A DNA stretch of 64,000 nucleotides. It comes from Ignavibacteria bacterium. GTDB taxonomy: Bacteria; Bacteroidota; Ignavibacteria; Kapaibacteriales; UBA4661. The stretch spans positions 69,049 to 133,048 of the forward strand of contig JAAFIV010000010.1 in NCBI GenBank assembly GCA_013298775.1. The letters are read 5' to 3'. Each line of letters begins with the position of its first letter. Position 1 is the first letter of the stretch. This document shows, in pieces, positions 1-8,111 of the stretch. The notes beneath the pieces are model-generated. The model did not search any database and was not told the DNA's origin. It worked only from the letters and a program-made list of their open reading frames with translations. Position numbers and translations under genes: made by a program.

Positions 1-133
1 ACGACAGCAAGGCTCAATTTTGTCATACGTTCAAACAGCCACGATGGTATTGCACCGCCGTACACGGGTAAATCTGCTATGCCTGAGCGTTTCATTTGGA
101 ACGTTGGTTTTGGTTGAGGAATGTATTGTGAAG

Positions 134-748
134 CTACTTCCGAATCTGTTTTTGATAGTCTTTCCACGCAAGCAGATACTTGGTCGCTAAGGATTTATGC
201 GGACTCCATGCCTCGCTTTTTTGACGCATCTGCGCCGTTAAACGCGATTTTTCATTCAAACCATACAGGCTGACCATTATTTGCTTGAGATGGAAATCAT
301 CGGCGGGAAAAATGTTCGGACGCTTCAGCGTATAGAGCAACATCATATCTATTGTCCACGCCCCTACACCCTTGATGGAAGCAAGCGTAGAACGTACTTC
401 TTCATCACTCAACGCATTCCACTCTGGTAAAGTTCCTTCCCAAAAAACAAGGATGCGCTCTGCTGTTTCGAGCTTGCTGGCGGCAATCGAAGCGTTTTTC
501 ACGGCTCGTTCTTCAAAAAGAGAAAAATTTTCAGGCGTGAGAACATCTATTGACGCGTCATCCAGCATTTTTTGAAACGTCTTTTTCGTGCTGCGGTAAT
601 GAATTTGCTGCTCAAAAATGCAACTCATCAGGTCGAAGAAAACGTCGTTTGTGCTTTCCATTGTGCTTTCCATTATCGGTTCGGGAACAGTCTCAATAAT
701 TGAGCGGAGAATTGAGTCTGCTTGTGCGAGATGCTGCTGTGGTGTCAT
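134..748 (-). CDS. HhH-GPD superfamily DNA glycosylase (AlkA/3-methyladenine glycosylase II-like)
   Basis: 204-aa ORF. C-terminal helix-hairpin-helix/Gly-Pro-Asp region 'IKGVGAWTIDMMLLYTLKRPNIFPADDFHL' is typical of AlkA-family glycosylases. Confidence 0.7.
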   Translation of the reverse strand: MTPQQHLAQADSILRSIIETVPEPIMESTMESTNDVFFDLMSCIFEQQIHYRSTKKTFQKMLDDASIDVLTPENFSLFEERAVKNASIAASKLETAERILVFWEGTLPEWNALSDEEVRSTLASIKGVGAWTIDMMLLYTLKRPNIFPADDFHLKQIMVSLYGLNEKSRLTAQMRQKSEAWSPHKSLATKYLLAWKDYQKQIRK

Positions 749-772
749 TAGAATTGCAATAAAAGGGAAGAG

Positions 773-1093
773 TTATGCAAGCGGCGTAGAATCTGCATTA
801 CGGAAGAGTTTTGCATCAGCCACAAATGGTCCAAAGGGCAAAACTGAAGCAATGATGCCGAGTATCATCGTTTTCATGCTCCAATCGTATTCGATTTTTG
901 CCTGAATGACTTGCAAAATATACAGCACAAAGAGCAAACCATGCGCCATGCCGACAACCCGCACCATTTGCGGCATTCCAGCAAGATATTTGAGCGGCAT
1001 AGCAATACACAAGAGAATGAGAAACGACGCGCCTTCCGCGTAACTCACAATACGAAGCCGCCCGAGTTGGGTTGTGGGAGAAAAATCGCTCAT
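773..1093 (-). CDS. DUF3817-family small membrane protein
   Basis: 106 aa with three hydrophobic segments. Pattern 'MPLKYLAGMPQMVRVVGMAHGLLFVLYIL' is recalled as DUF3817. Co-directional and immediately upstream of the glycosylase. Confidence 0.55.
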   Translation of the reverse strand: MSDFSPTTQLGRLRIVSYAEGASFLILLCIAMPLKYLAGMPQMVRVVGMAHGLLFVLYILQVIQAKIEYDWSMKTMILGIIASVLPFGPFVADAKLFRNADSTPLA

Positions 1094-1132
1094 AGAAAAA
1101 GGGGAATGGTGAGAAAATACGTGGTGAAGAAT

Positions 1133-1606
1133 TTAGAACTGAAGCCGCATCCAAGGTCGCTGGGCAAAGGGCGAAATGGGCGACGGCATTGCCAGCAAAA
1201 TTAGCACAATCGCAATCGTAAAAAAAATCGCAACCGTACGGAATTTCTTTGCATCTGTCGCACCGCGCCGTGCGACTGCTCCGCCGACCGTCAGCACGAG
1301 TGCTGCAATGACCATAACCGAAATATGAACAACACCAAAAAACGCCACTTCGGGGATGTGTAAACCGCCCTGCATATCGGAGCGGAGGTACTCAATAAGC
1401 GGGCTTTGGAAATACAGCACAAAGCCGAAAATTACTTGCAGATGATTCAGCCCGACAGTCGCGCCACGCAGCATGGTATCACGCTTGGTGTAGGATTTGT
1501 TTCCCAGCCAGCCTCGCCATGCAAGGACAGTTGTCGCAAGGAGAGCGAGAACAGCAAGCCAGCGATTCCAGGAGTGCATGAGGAGGAGAATTGCGTAAAA
1601 GTTCAT
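1133..1606 (-). CDS. integral membrane protein (4 predicted TM), function unknown
   Basis: 157-aa ORF with four long hydrophobic stretches. Same strand as DUF3817 and the glycosylase, forming an operon-like arrangement. Confidence 0.5.
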   Translation of the reverse strand: MNFYAILLLMHSWNRWLAVLALLATTVLAWRGWLGNKSYTKRDTMLRGATVGLNHLQVIFGFVLYFQSPLIEYLRSDMQGGLHIPEVAFFGVVHISVMVIAALVLTVGGAVARRGATDAKKFRTVAIFFTIAIVLILLAMPSPISPFAQRPWMRLQF

Positions 1607-1779
1607 AGAGCAGTATTTTGTGGGGAAATAGCTTGAAATGCGCTACAAATCTATATCCTTTGAAAACCGCATCACAGCGAAATGTGATGAATCGCATTTA
1701 TCATCACCAGAAATGTGATGAACGCAATTCATCACTTTTTTCTTGTCCAAAACCCGCCAAGCACGTACACTTGCGGATT

Positions 1780-2865
1780 ATGGACACACTCCGAACATCC
1801 GCACTCACTCGCTGGAAACCTATCGCGCTTCAAATCACGCTTTGGAGCGGCTTTGCGGCAATCGTTATCGCTGCACATTCGACGCTTGCCTCGAATCGCA
1901 GCCTCACGCTCAATATTCTCGTCCGCATTTGCGAGCTTGCATTTCTCTACAATGCGCATCAATTCTTGTACGAGCGGTTTTTTACGGCGAGGCAGTATCG
2001 GCGGTATGCGGTGGGATTTGGGTTGGCACTGCTTGGCTGTGGTATTGGCTTACAGGCGTTTCGCATCTGGAATAGCGCAGAAAACCTTGCTTTTTGGAAT
2101 ATCGCCGACATACTGCGGGAGATACTTGCGGCGGCATTGTTTTTTATGATGGTGATGGGCGTGGTCGTGTTTATTCGCCAAACCAAAAATCAATTTGCCT
2201 TGCAAGAAGCACAGCAAGAAGCCCGCGCCCTGAAAGCCGCATCGGAACTGAAGATGTTGCAAGCGCAAATCAATCCGCATTTTTTGTTCAACACGCTGCA
2301 CAGCCTGTATTCGCTTGTGTCTGTGCGCTCCGACGCTGCACAAGACAAGGCGCAAGAGGTTATCCTCATGCTCTCAGGTATCATGCGCTACACCTATGAG
2401 ACCGCCAACGCAGACACGGTGCGGCTTTCAGAGGAAGTAGAAACAATAGAAAAATTTCTGGCATTGCACCGTATTCGGTTCGGAAAAAGGGCGGAACTAC
2501 GCTTTGAATCGCACGGGAGCATAGATTCATGGCGCATTCCGCCGCTTTTGCTTTTGACATTTATCGAAAATGCTATTAAGCACGGAATAGAAGCAACACC
2601 GCGCGGAGCAAGATTAGATGCGCATTTGGAGGTACAAGAAGAATTGTTGTTCACGGTAAAAAATACTAAAACCTCGCCAAATCCAAGCAATCACGAATGT
2701 TTTGAGCAAAATACATTGGGGCAAAACTCGCAAACAGGGCTTCAGAACGTGCGTCGGCGTTTGGAATTGTTATATCCCGAATGCTCGGAGTTGCGCTTGG
2801 CAGAAACAGAAACCTCCTTTACCGCAGAAATACGGCTGTGGAAGAAAGTGAGCGAGAGCGCATGA
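1780..2865 (+). CDS. sensor histidine kinase, LytS/YehU (His_kinase) family
   Basis: N-terminal TM segments, then the 'NPHFLFNTLHSLYSLV' H-box characteristic of the LytS-type His_kinase domain, then an HATPase region 'FIENAIKHG'. The ORF opens at 1618 but the first ATG consistent with the domain is 1780. The stop overlaps the next start (ATGA). Confidence 0.8.
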   Translation: MDTLRTSALTRWKPIALQITLWSGFAAIVIAAHSTLASNRSLTLNILVRICELAFLYNAHQFLYERFFTARQYRRYAVGFGLALLGCGIGLQAFRIWNSAENLAFWNIADILREILAAALFFMMVMGVVVFIRQTKNQFALQEAQQEARALKAASELKMLQAQINPHFLFNTLHSLYSLVSVRSDAAQDKAQEVILMLSGIMRYTYETANADTVRLSEEVETIEKFLALHRIRFGKRAELRFESHGSIDSWRIPPLLLLTFIENAIKHGIEATPRGARLDAHLEVQEELLFTVKNTKTSPNPSNHECFEQNTLGQNSQTGLQNVRRRLELLYPECSELRLAETETSFTAEIRLWKKVSESA

Positions 2866-3593
2866 AATCAAATCTTTCAGCACTTATCGTTGAAGACGAA
2901 GAACTTGCACAAGAGCTTCTGAAAAGCTATATCGCCAAAACAGCATGGCTACAATGCTCAGGCGTGTGCGATGATGCGATGCAAGCCCTGAGCGTTCTGC
3001 ATGAGCGGGCGGTTACTACTGATATTATTTTCCTTGATGTGCAGATGCCGCAAATGAGCGGTCTGGAACTGATACGCATGCTCCAAGCAAGCAACTACAC
3101 GCTTCCTGCGGTTATTCTCACGACGGCATTCAGCGAGTACGCGCTTGAAAGCTATGATTTGAACGTGGTGGATTATCTTCTGAAGCCCTTTTCGTTTGAA
3201 CGATATTTGCAAGCGGTGAATAAAGCTACGACATGGCTCAGAGCAAGGAATGACAAAGCTTTTCAGCAATCACCTGTTGTAGAAACTGCGCCACAATTTT
3301 TGCTTATCCGCGACCGCAATAAAGACGTGGAAATTCCTTTTGAAGAAATTCTCTATTGTGAATCCTACGGCAATTACGTGAAGATTCACACCCGCAAAAC
3401 ATCCTACATGACGCATCAAACCTTGAAAAGCGTCGAGGCACTACTTCCGAAATCTAATTTTTGCCGTATTCATAAAACAATTCTTGTCGCCAAGCAAGCA
3501 GTGGAGAGCGTTTCGGGGAATAGCGTGATTATTCTGGGGAAAGAACTACCGATTGGGATAACCTATAAATCACAGGTTCTATCGGTGTTGTAA
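2862..3593 (+). CDS. LytTR-family two-component response regulator
   Basis: Receiver domain ('ALIVEDEELAQ...FLDVQMPQMSGLEL') followed by a LytTR DNA-binding domain ('ILYCESYGNYVKIHT...'). ATGA-coupled to the upstream kinase. Confidence 0.85.
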   Translation: MKSNLSALIVEDEELAQELLKSYIAKTAWLQCSGVCDDAMQALSVLHERAVTTDIIFLDVQMPQMSGLELIRMLQASNYTLPAVILTTAFSEYALESYDLNVVDYLLKPFSFERYLQAVNKATTWLRARNDKAFQQSPVVETAPQFLLIRDRNKDVEIPFEEILYCESYGNYVKIHTRKTSYMTHQTLKSVEALLPKSNFCRIHKTILVAKQAVESVSGNSVIILGKELPIGITYKSQVLSVL

Positions 3594-3596
3594 GGG

Positions 3597-3764
3597 TTGA
3601 AGTTTAAATAAACTCTTGCGCCCCCTCATCCCAACCCTTCTCCCAGAGGGAGAAGGGCAAGATTTTATGCGATTTCTGAAGCCCTCTCCCTCTGGGAGAG
3701 GGTTGGGTGAGGGCAAACGTAGAAGCAAGGTTTTATGCGGTTCGCAGAATTTTATCTAAACTGC
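3597..3764. repeat. MITE-like palindromic repeat, family A copy 1 (TIR ttgaagtttaaataaa / tttatctaaactgcaa; core ccctctcccagagggagaaggg hairpins)
   Basis: An exact reverse-complement match of about 50 nt to 25221-25271 is seen directly. H1 (3624-3658) and H2 (3681-3714) are inverted copies of each other. Related copies are at 7628-7782, 23676-23812 and 25121-25285. Confidence 0.8.
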
Positions 3765-4000
3765 AAAAGGGGAAATTGAAAAATGGAAATCCGGAGACCG
3801 ACAGACAAGAACTCTCAAGCAATCACGCGAAATCCGTAAGAAAATTGTTCCTGAAAGTGTACAAAAAGTGATTGTCAGCAACCTGTTATACACAAAGGGA
3901 AAACCTTGCCTGAAAGCGTATTTTTTGAGATATTGCGAGGGGAATAATTGTGTAAAACCTTTTCAAGCACTCATCAATACTCACTTATAGGGAAAATACT

Positions 4001-5689
4001 ATGCTCCAACGCATGACAAAACCGTATATTCCAACAGTTTTTCCGCATGGAAGCGAGGAAGAACGCCGCGCCCAACTTGTCGCCACGATTGCACTTCTTG
4101 GGTGCATTACCTCATGGTTTATTGCTGCATCGTATTTTTCGTACAAGCATTATGTGTCGGTTGGTGTGCTGATAGTGGCTTCATTCCTATATTTTGGGGT
4201 AATGCTGCTGCTGCGTGCAAGTAAAAATACGGTATTGAGTACGCATGCCTTGTGTATAATGGGTTTTGTGAAATTCAATGCGCTTATTGTAACCTCTGGC
4301 GGTTTACAGTCTTCGGTTTTGCAATGGCTTACTGCTGTGCCGCTCGTTGCTGCTCTCATTTTGGGACGGTCGTACATGATACGCTGGACGCTTGTGTGCG
4401 TCGGCATTGCCATTATTTATTTTGGATTATCCATGTCGGGGTATGTGTTTATCAATAAAGTACCACCGCAAAATTTTATTCGCTCAGAATTTGTGGGATT
4501 TTTATCCATGGCAATCGTTTCGGCTGCTATTGGCTATACCTTTGAAAGCGGCAGAAAATCTGCCTTGGAGACGGTAGTTGAAGCAAATTCGGCAACATCG
4601 GAAGCAAACCAGCATTTACACCGTACTGCCGCCGACCTCGCCGCCGAAAAATCTCGTGTGGAAGCATCCATGCGGGATTCAGAAGAAATGCGCCGTTACC
4701 TGTCGGAATGCGTTGAGGAGATGCTGCGGGGTGTGCAGCGATTTTCCGAAGGCGACCTTACCGTGCGCCTCACCGCCAAGCGCGACGATGATATTGGACG
4801 CTTATATCATGGCTTCAATGGCGCACTGGAAGCCGTGTGCAGGGTGATTCAACACGTAGCGCATACCGCAGAAACAACTGTTGGCGCGAGCGAGCAGATT
4901 TCCGAGCGGACACAGTATTTGTCGAACGGTGTGCAAGAGCAGTCCCGCGAGGTAGAAGGTGTGGTGCGCATGAGCGAAGGACTTGCTTCGGCAATGAGAA
5001 ATCATGCGGCTTCGGCAACAGAATTAGCAAAAAATTCCCACGAAGATATTGCCGACTCCACAACCACAAAACACAGTATGAAGGAAATGATTGCAGGAAT
5101 GGAGCGGATTCAACGCGTTGTAGCTACGTCGTCGGCGAGTATTGAAGAGCTTGGGCGGCGCAGCGATGTGATTGGCGAAATCATTCAAACCATTGAAGAA
5201 ATTGCCGACCAAACGAATCTCTTGGCGTTGAACGCGGCAATTGAGGCTGCCCGTGCAGGAGAGCAAGGACGCGGTTTTGCGGTTGTTGCCGATGAAGTAC
5301 GAAAACTTGCCGAGCGCACCCAAAAAGCAACAAAGGAGATTTCATCGGTCATTCACGAGATTCAAGCAAATACTGGAACTGCCGTTGATACGATGCGCAA
5401 TGGAACACAGGAAGTGGAGCGCGGTAAAGAGCTTGTAAGCGTTACCAGCGCAGCATTGGAGCGGTATATGGAGCGTGTGCAGCGCAATATCCACGCCTAT
5501 ACGCAGCTTGCCGAAACGGGTGCCGAACGCGCTGAGGATTCAAGCCGTTTAGCGGGTGGTGTGGAGCAGATTCAAGGCGTTACGCAAGAATCAGCGCAGT
5601 ACGCACACCAAATTGCCCATGCCGCCGCCGATATGAATCGCATTGCTGATGAGCTTTTACGCGCTGTTCAGCGTTTTCGGGTAGGATGA
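4001..5689 (+). CDS. methyl-accepting chemotaxis protein (multi-TM N-terminal sensor, HAMP, MCP signalling domain)
   Basis: '[34 protein letters not shown]' is the canonical MCP signalling motif. The N-terminal roughly 190 aa hold about six hydrophobic helices with no sizeable periplasmic loop. Confidence 0.85.
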   Translation: MLQRMTKPYIPTVFPHGSEEERRAQLVATIALLGCITSWFIAASYFSYKHYVSVGVLIVASFLYFGVMLLLRASKNTVLSTHALCIMGFVKFNALIVTSGGLQSSVLQWLTAVPLVAALILGRSYMIRWTLVCVGIAIIYFGLSMSGYVFINKVPPQNFIRSEFVGFLSMAIVSAAIGYTFESGRKSALETVVEANSATSEANQHLHRTAADLAAEKSRVEASMRDSEEMRRYLSECVEEMLRGVQRFSEGDLTVRLTAKRDDDIGRLYHGFNGALEAVCRVIQHVAHTAETTVGASEQISERTQYLSNGVQEQSREVEGVVRMSEGLASAMRNHAASATELAKNSHEDIADSTTTKHSMKEMIAGMERIQRVVATSSASIEELGRRSDVIGEIIQTIEEIADQTNLLALNAAIEAARAGEQGRGFAVVADEVRKLAERTQKATKEISSVIHEIQANTGTAVDTMRNGTQEVERGKELVSVTSAALERYMERVQRNIHAYTQLAETGAERAEDSSRLAGGVEQIQGVTQESAQYAHQIAHAAADMNRIADELLRAVQRFRVG

Positions 5690-5755
5690 TTGTTGCATTG
5701 CTTTTCTACGTCACGTTCCCTGGAAGTTCGTATTTTTTTTTCCTTATCACAACAT

Positions 5756-6439
5756 ATGTCCAACATTTGGTACATCGAAAACGTTGATATGTACGAACTT
5801 TTGTGTCCGCACAAGTTCGCCGAATATGCTGCGCAGCACGCATTTACGAGCTTTCGCAAAGATGAACCAATTTATATGGAAGGCGATTCTGCTTCAAAGA
5901 TTTTCCTTATTGCCTCTGGTAAAGTGAAAATTTCATCCTCGCAAGTGCGGGGGAATGTCGTTGCTGAAGAGCGCATCAAAGCTATCTTGGGCAAGGGCGA
6001 ACTCTTTGGCGAAATGGCACTTTTCGGAGAAACACAACGCTTGGAAACCGCAACAGCACTCGAAGAAACCGAACTTTGTCCAATGAGCGCGGAAATAATG
6101 CACGACCTCATGCGGGATTATCAAAAATTCGCGCTCGGTATTCACAAAATGATTGGCTGGAAGCTGCGTAAAATCGAGCGTCGGATGGAATTGTTGCTCT
6201 TCAAAGATGCTCGGACGCGCCTTGTGGAATTCATACGCGATTTAGCACAAGAAAACTCGAAAACCCTGACGGATGCTATTCTCGTGAAGCATATCTACAC
6301 ACAACAAAACATTGCAGACTTAATCGGCATTGCGCGTCCTACCTTGAACTTGATTTTCAACGAATTACGCGACGAAGGCGCATTGGACTTCAAACGCGGG
6401 GAAATTCTCCTGAAAAATCGCCAAATGTTTGCTGCCTGA
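5756..6439 (+). CDS. Crp/Fnr-family transcriptional regulator (cNMP-binding + C-terminal HTH)
   Basis: cNMP-binding beta-roll ('IFLIASGKVKI...GELFGEMALF') and an HTH ('TQQNIADLIGIARPTLNLIFNELRDEG'). The ORF track begins at a TTG at 5690; the first ATG is 5756. Confidence 0.8.
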   Translation: MSNIWYIENVDMYELLCPHKFAEYAAQHAFTSFRKDEPIYMEGDSASKIFLIASGKVKISSSQVRGNVVAEERIKAILGKGELFGEMALFGETQRLETATALEETELCPMSAEIMHDLMRDYQKFALGIHKMIGWKLRKIERRMELLLFKDARTRLVEFIRDLAQENSKTLTDAILVKHIYTQQNIADLIGIARPTLNLIFNELRDEGALDFKRGEILLKNRQMFAA

Positions 6440-6519
6440 CATTTGATGCGGCGGGAAAATGCGATATTTGGAGTGTAAATGTTTCTTGTTCCACGAATCG
6501 CATTTTTACTGTTATTGCC

Positions 6520-7026
6520 ATGAAAATACATGCTCACAATACCGCCGCACGCAATCGTACTACATTCCTGCTCGCCGCATGGATGCTGGTCTTGACGGCT
6601 TCTTCACTTTTTGCTCAAAACCCGTACAATGTTGATAAAGCTGGTGTTGCAATCAAAGGCTACGACGTGGTTGCCTATTTTTCCGACGGCAAACCAGCGC
6701 AAGGAAAAGTGGAGTTCACGCACGAATGGCACGGCGCGAAATGGCAGTTTACATCCGCCGAACACCGCGACGCATTCAAAGCAGCACCAGAAAAATACGC
6801 TCCCGAATACGGCGGATTCTGCGCATGGGGCATGACCAAAGGTTACAAAGCCTCTGTAGAGCCAACTGCATGGAAGATTGTCAATAACAAGTTGTATCTC
6901 AACTACAACGCCGAAGTGCAGCAATCCTGGTCAAAAGAAGTATCCAGTATGATTCGGACTGCCGATGAGCAATGGTCGAAGAAGTTCGCTACCATGCCCG
7001 AAGCAGAGAAATCTTCAACGAAATAA
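6520..7026 (+). CDS. secreted YHS-domain-like protein
   Basis: Signal peptide ('LLAAWMLVLTASSLFAQ'), then 'GYDVVAYF...KWQF.S.EHRDAF...PEKYAPEYGGFCAWG', which resembles the YHS/TRASH-type small metal-binding domain family. Confidence 0.5.
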   Translation: MKIHAHNTAARNRTTFLLAAWMLVLTASSLFAQNPYNVDKAGVAIKGYDVVAYFSDGKPAQGKVEFTHEWHGAKWQFTSAEHRDAFKAAPEKYAPEYGGFCAWGMTKGYKASVEPTAWKIVNNKLYLNYNAEVQQSWSKEVSSMIRTADEQWSKKFATMPEAEKSSTK

Positions 7027-7060
7027 TCAGACACTATTTTTTTACGAATCAAACAACATC

Positions 7061-7621
7061 ATGCAATCACAACAGAGTATTCGTGCGGCGTTTGGAAGTT
7101 TTGCCGTTCTCGTGGTTTTCATTGCGGTACTTTCGGCGTGCGATATGACCAATACGTCCACCACAATGGGAGTTACAACAACATCTGGCAATGTAACAAT
7201 AGCCCAGATTTTTGAAACCGCCAAGCAAACAAGCGGTTATACATGGTATAAAAAATCAGACGCGCTTATTGGAAAAACTGCAAAATCTGGTCATTCAGAG
7301 CCATTTATGCGCACGCGCTACAACTCAACAGCCGCACAAATGCTGGATGCAAGCGGCAAAGTAAAAGAAGGTTCCGTTTTTGCCGAAGGTTCGATTATCA
7401 CCAAAGAACTCATCAATGCTGACAAAAGTGTGAATGGTTACGCGCTTCTCATCAAGCGCAAAGCCGACCCCAACGCCGATGCGGACGGTTGGGTGTGGGG
7501 CTACGTTACGGCAACAGGCGCGGAGCGTCATTCGCTTACAAGTAAGGGAAATGGCTGTATCGGCTGCCACAGCATTGCAGGGCATATTGACCGTACCTTG
7601 ATGAACGTGAGTGTGCCGTAA
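7061..7621 (+). CDS. lipoprotein with single C-terminal CXXCH haem-c motif (possible cytochrome P460 / c'-beta-like)
   Basis: Lipobox 'VLSAC'. 'GNGCIGCHS' lies about 25 aa from the C-terminus. The size and late CXXCH placement fit the P460/c'-beta family, but this is not verified. Confidence 0.5.
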   Translation: MQSQQSIRAAFGSFAVLVVFIAVLSACDMTNTSTTMGVTTTSGNVTIAQIFETAKQTSGYTWYKKSDALIGKTAKSGHSEPFMRTRYNSTAAQMLDASGKVKEGSVFAEGSIITKELINADKSVNGYALLIKRKADPNADADGWVWGYVTATGAERHSLTSKGNGCIGCHSIAGHIDRTLMNVSVP

Positions 7622-7793
7622 GGAATGCAGGGCTGTTAAGTTCCCTCCTCACGAAGCCCTCACCCAACCCTCTCCCAGAGGGAGAGGGCTTTGAAAACCG
7701 CTTCAAATCTACCCTCGCCCTTTGGGAGAGGGTCTCGCGCAGCGAGGGGTGAGGGCGAAATCGCTAGCACTCAACAGCCCTGCGTAAGGAATG
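7617..7793. mobile_element. MITE-like insertion (TIR cagggctgttaag ... cttaacagccctg) carrying a family-A core, flanked by an 11-bp TSD cgtaaggaatg
   Basis: Direct repeats cgtaaggaatg at 7617-7627 and 7783-7793. Inverted repeats at 7628-7640 and 7768-7782. Interior 7650-7760 holds the family-A hairpins. The TSD includes the cytochrome gene's stop codon. Confidence 0.7.
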
Positions 7794-7864
7794 GGGTGCT
7801 AAATGATTTTCGTTGGAAAGAATCCTTGACCCATTATATGAGTGTTGCCCTTTCGGGTGATACA

Positions 7865-7952
7865 ATCACGTTTTCCGTCGGGCGGTTTCTTGACCGTCCG
7901 GCGGATTTCTGCGTTTGCCACTCGCCGGACGGTCAAGAAACCGCCCAACGAG
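7865..7952. repeat. long near-perfect hairpin (27-bp stem, 19-nt loop), GC-rich
   Basis: ccgtcgggcggtttcttgaccgtccggcgg (7865-7894) pairs with cgccggacggtcaagaaaccgcccaacgag (7923-7952). There is one G.U in 27 bp. It shares the 'gtcgggcgg/gtccggcgg' motif with the element at 53821-53930. Confidence 0.75.
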
Positions 7953-8040
7953 ACACGACGTTTCTTTCACGACATGACGTTTCTTGTACCCAAAAGGGAA
8001 TAGCTTTGTAGCAAATTCCGCAAGGCATTCTTGAAAATAA

Positions 8041-8080
8041 AAACGGTGCGGCTTCTATCTTGAAAGCCGCACCGTTTCTT
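8041..8080. terminator. bidirectional rho-independent terminator
   Basis: aaacggtgcggctt ... aagccgcaccgttt hairpin with an A-run before and a T-run after. It lies between the convergent cytochrome gene and the adhesin gene. Confidence 0.7.
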
Positions 8081-8111
8081 GTTTGTAGCTTTTTTGAACA
8101 ATATTACCGTA

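Noticed and set aside
372-905. Short plus-strand ORFs overlapping the glycosylase and DUF3817 genes
   Set aside because: They are fully antisense to better-supported genes.
1618-1779. N-terminal 54-codon extension of the histidine kinase ORF
   Set aside because: It has no hydrophobic or signal character. The first ATG matching domain boundaries is at 1780. The upstream part lies in the divergent promoter region.
7691-8011. 106-aa ORF covering the repeat/hairpin region
   Set aside because: It is composed of the family-A palindrome and the 27-bp hairpin, and its translation is Gly/Arg-rich low complexity.
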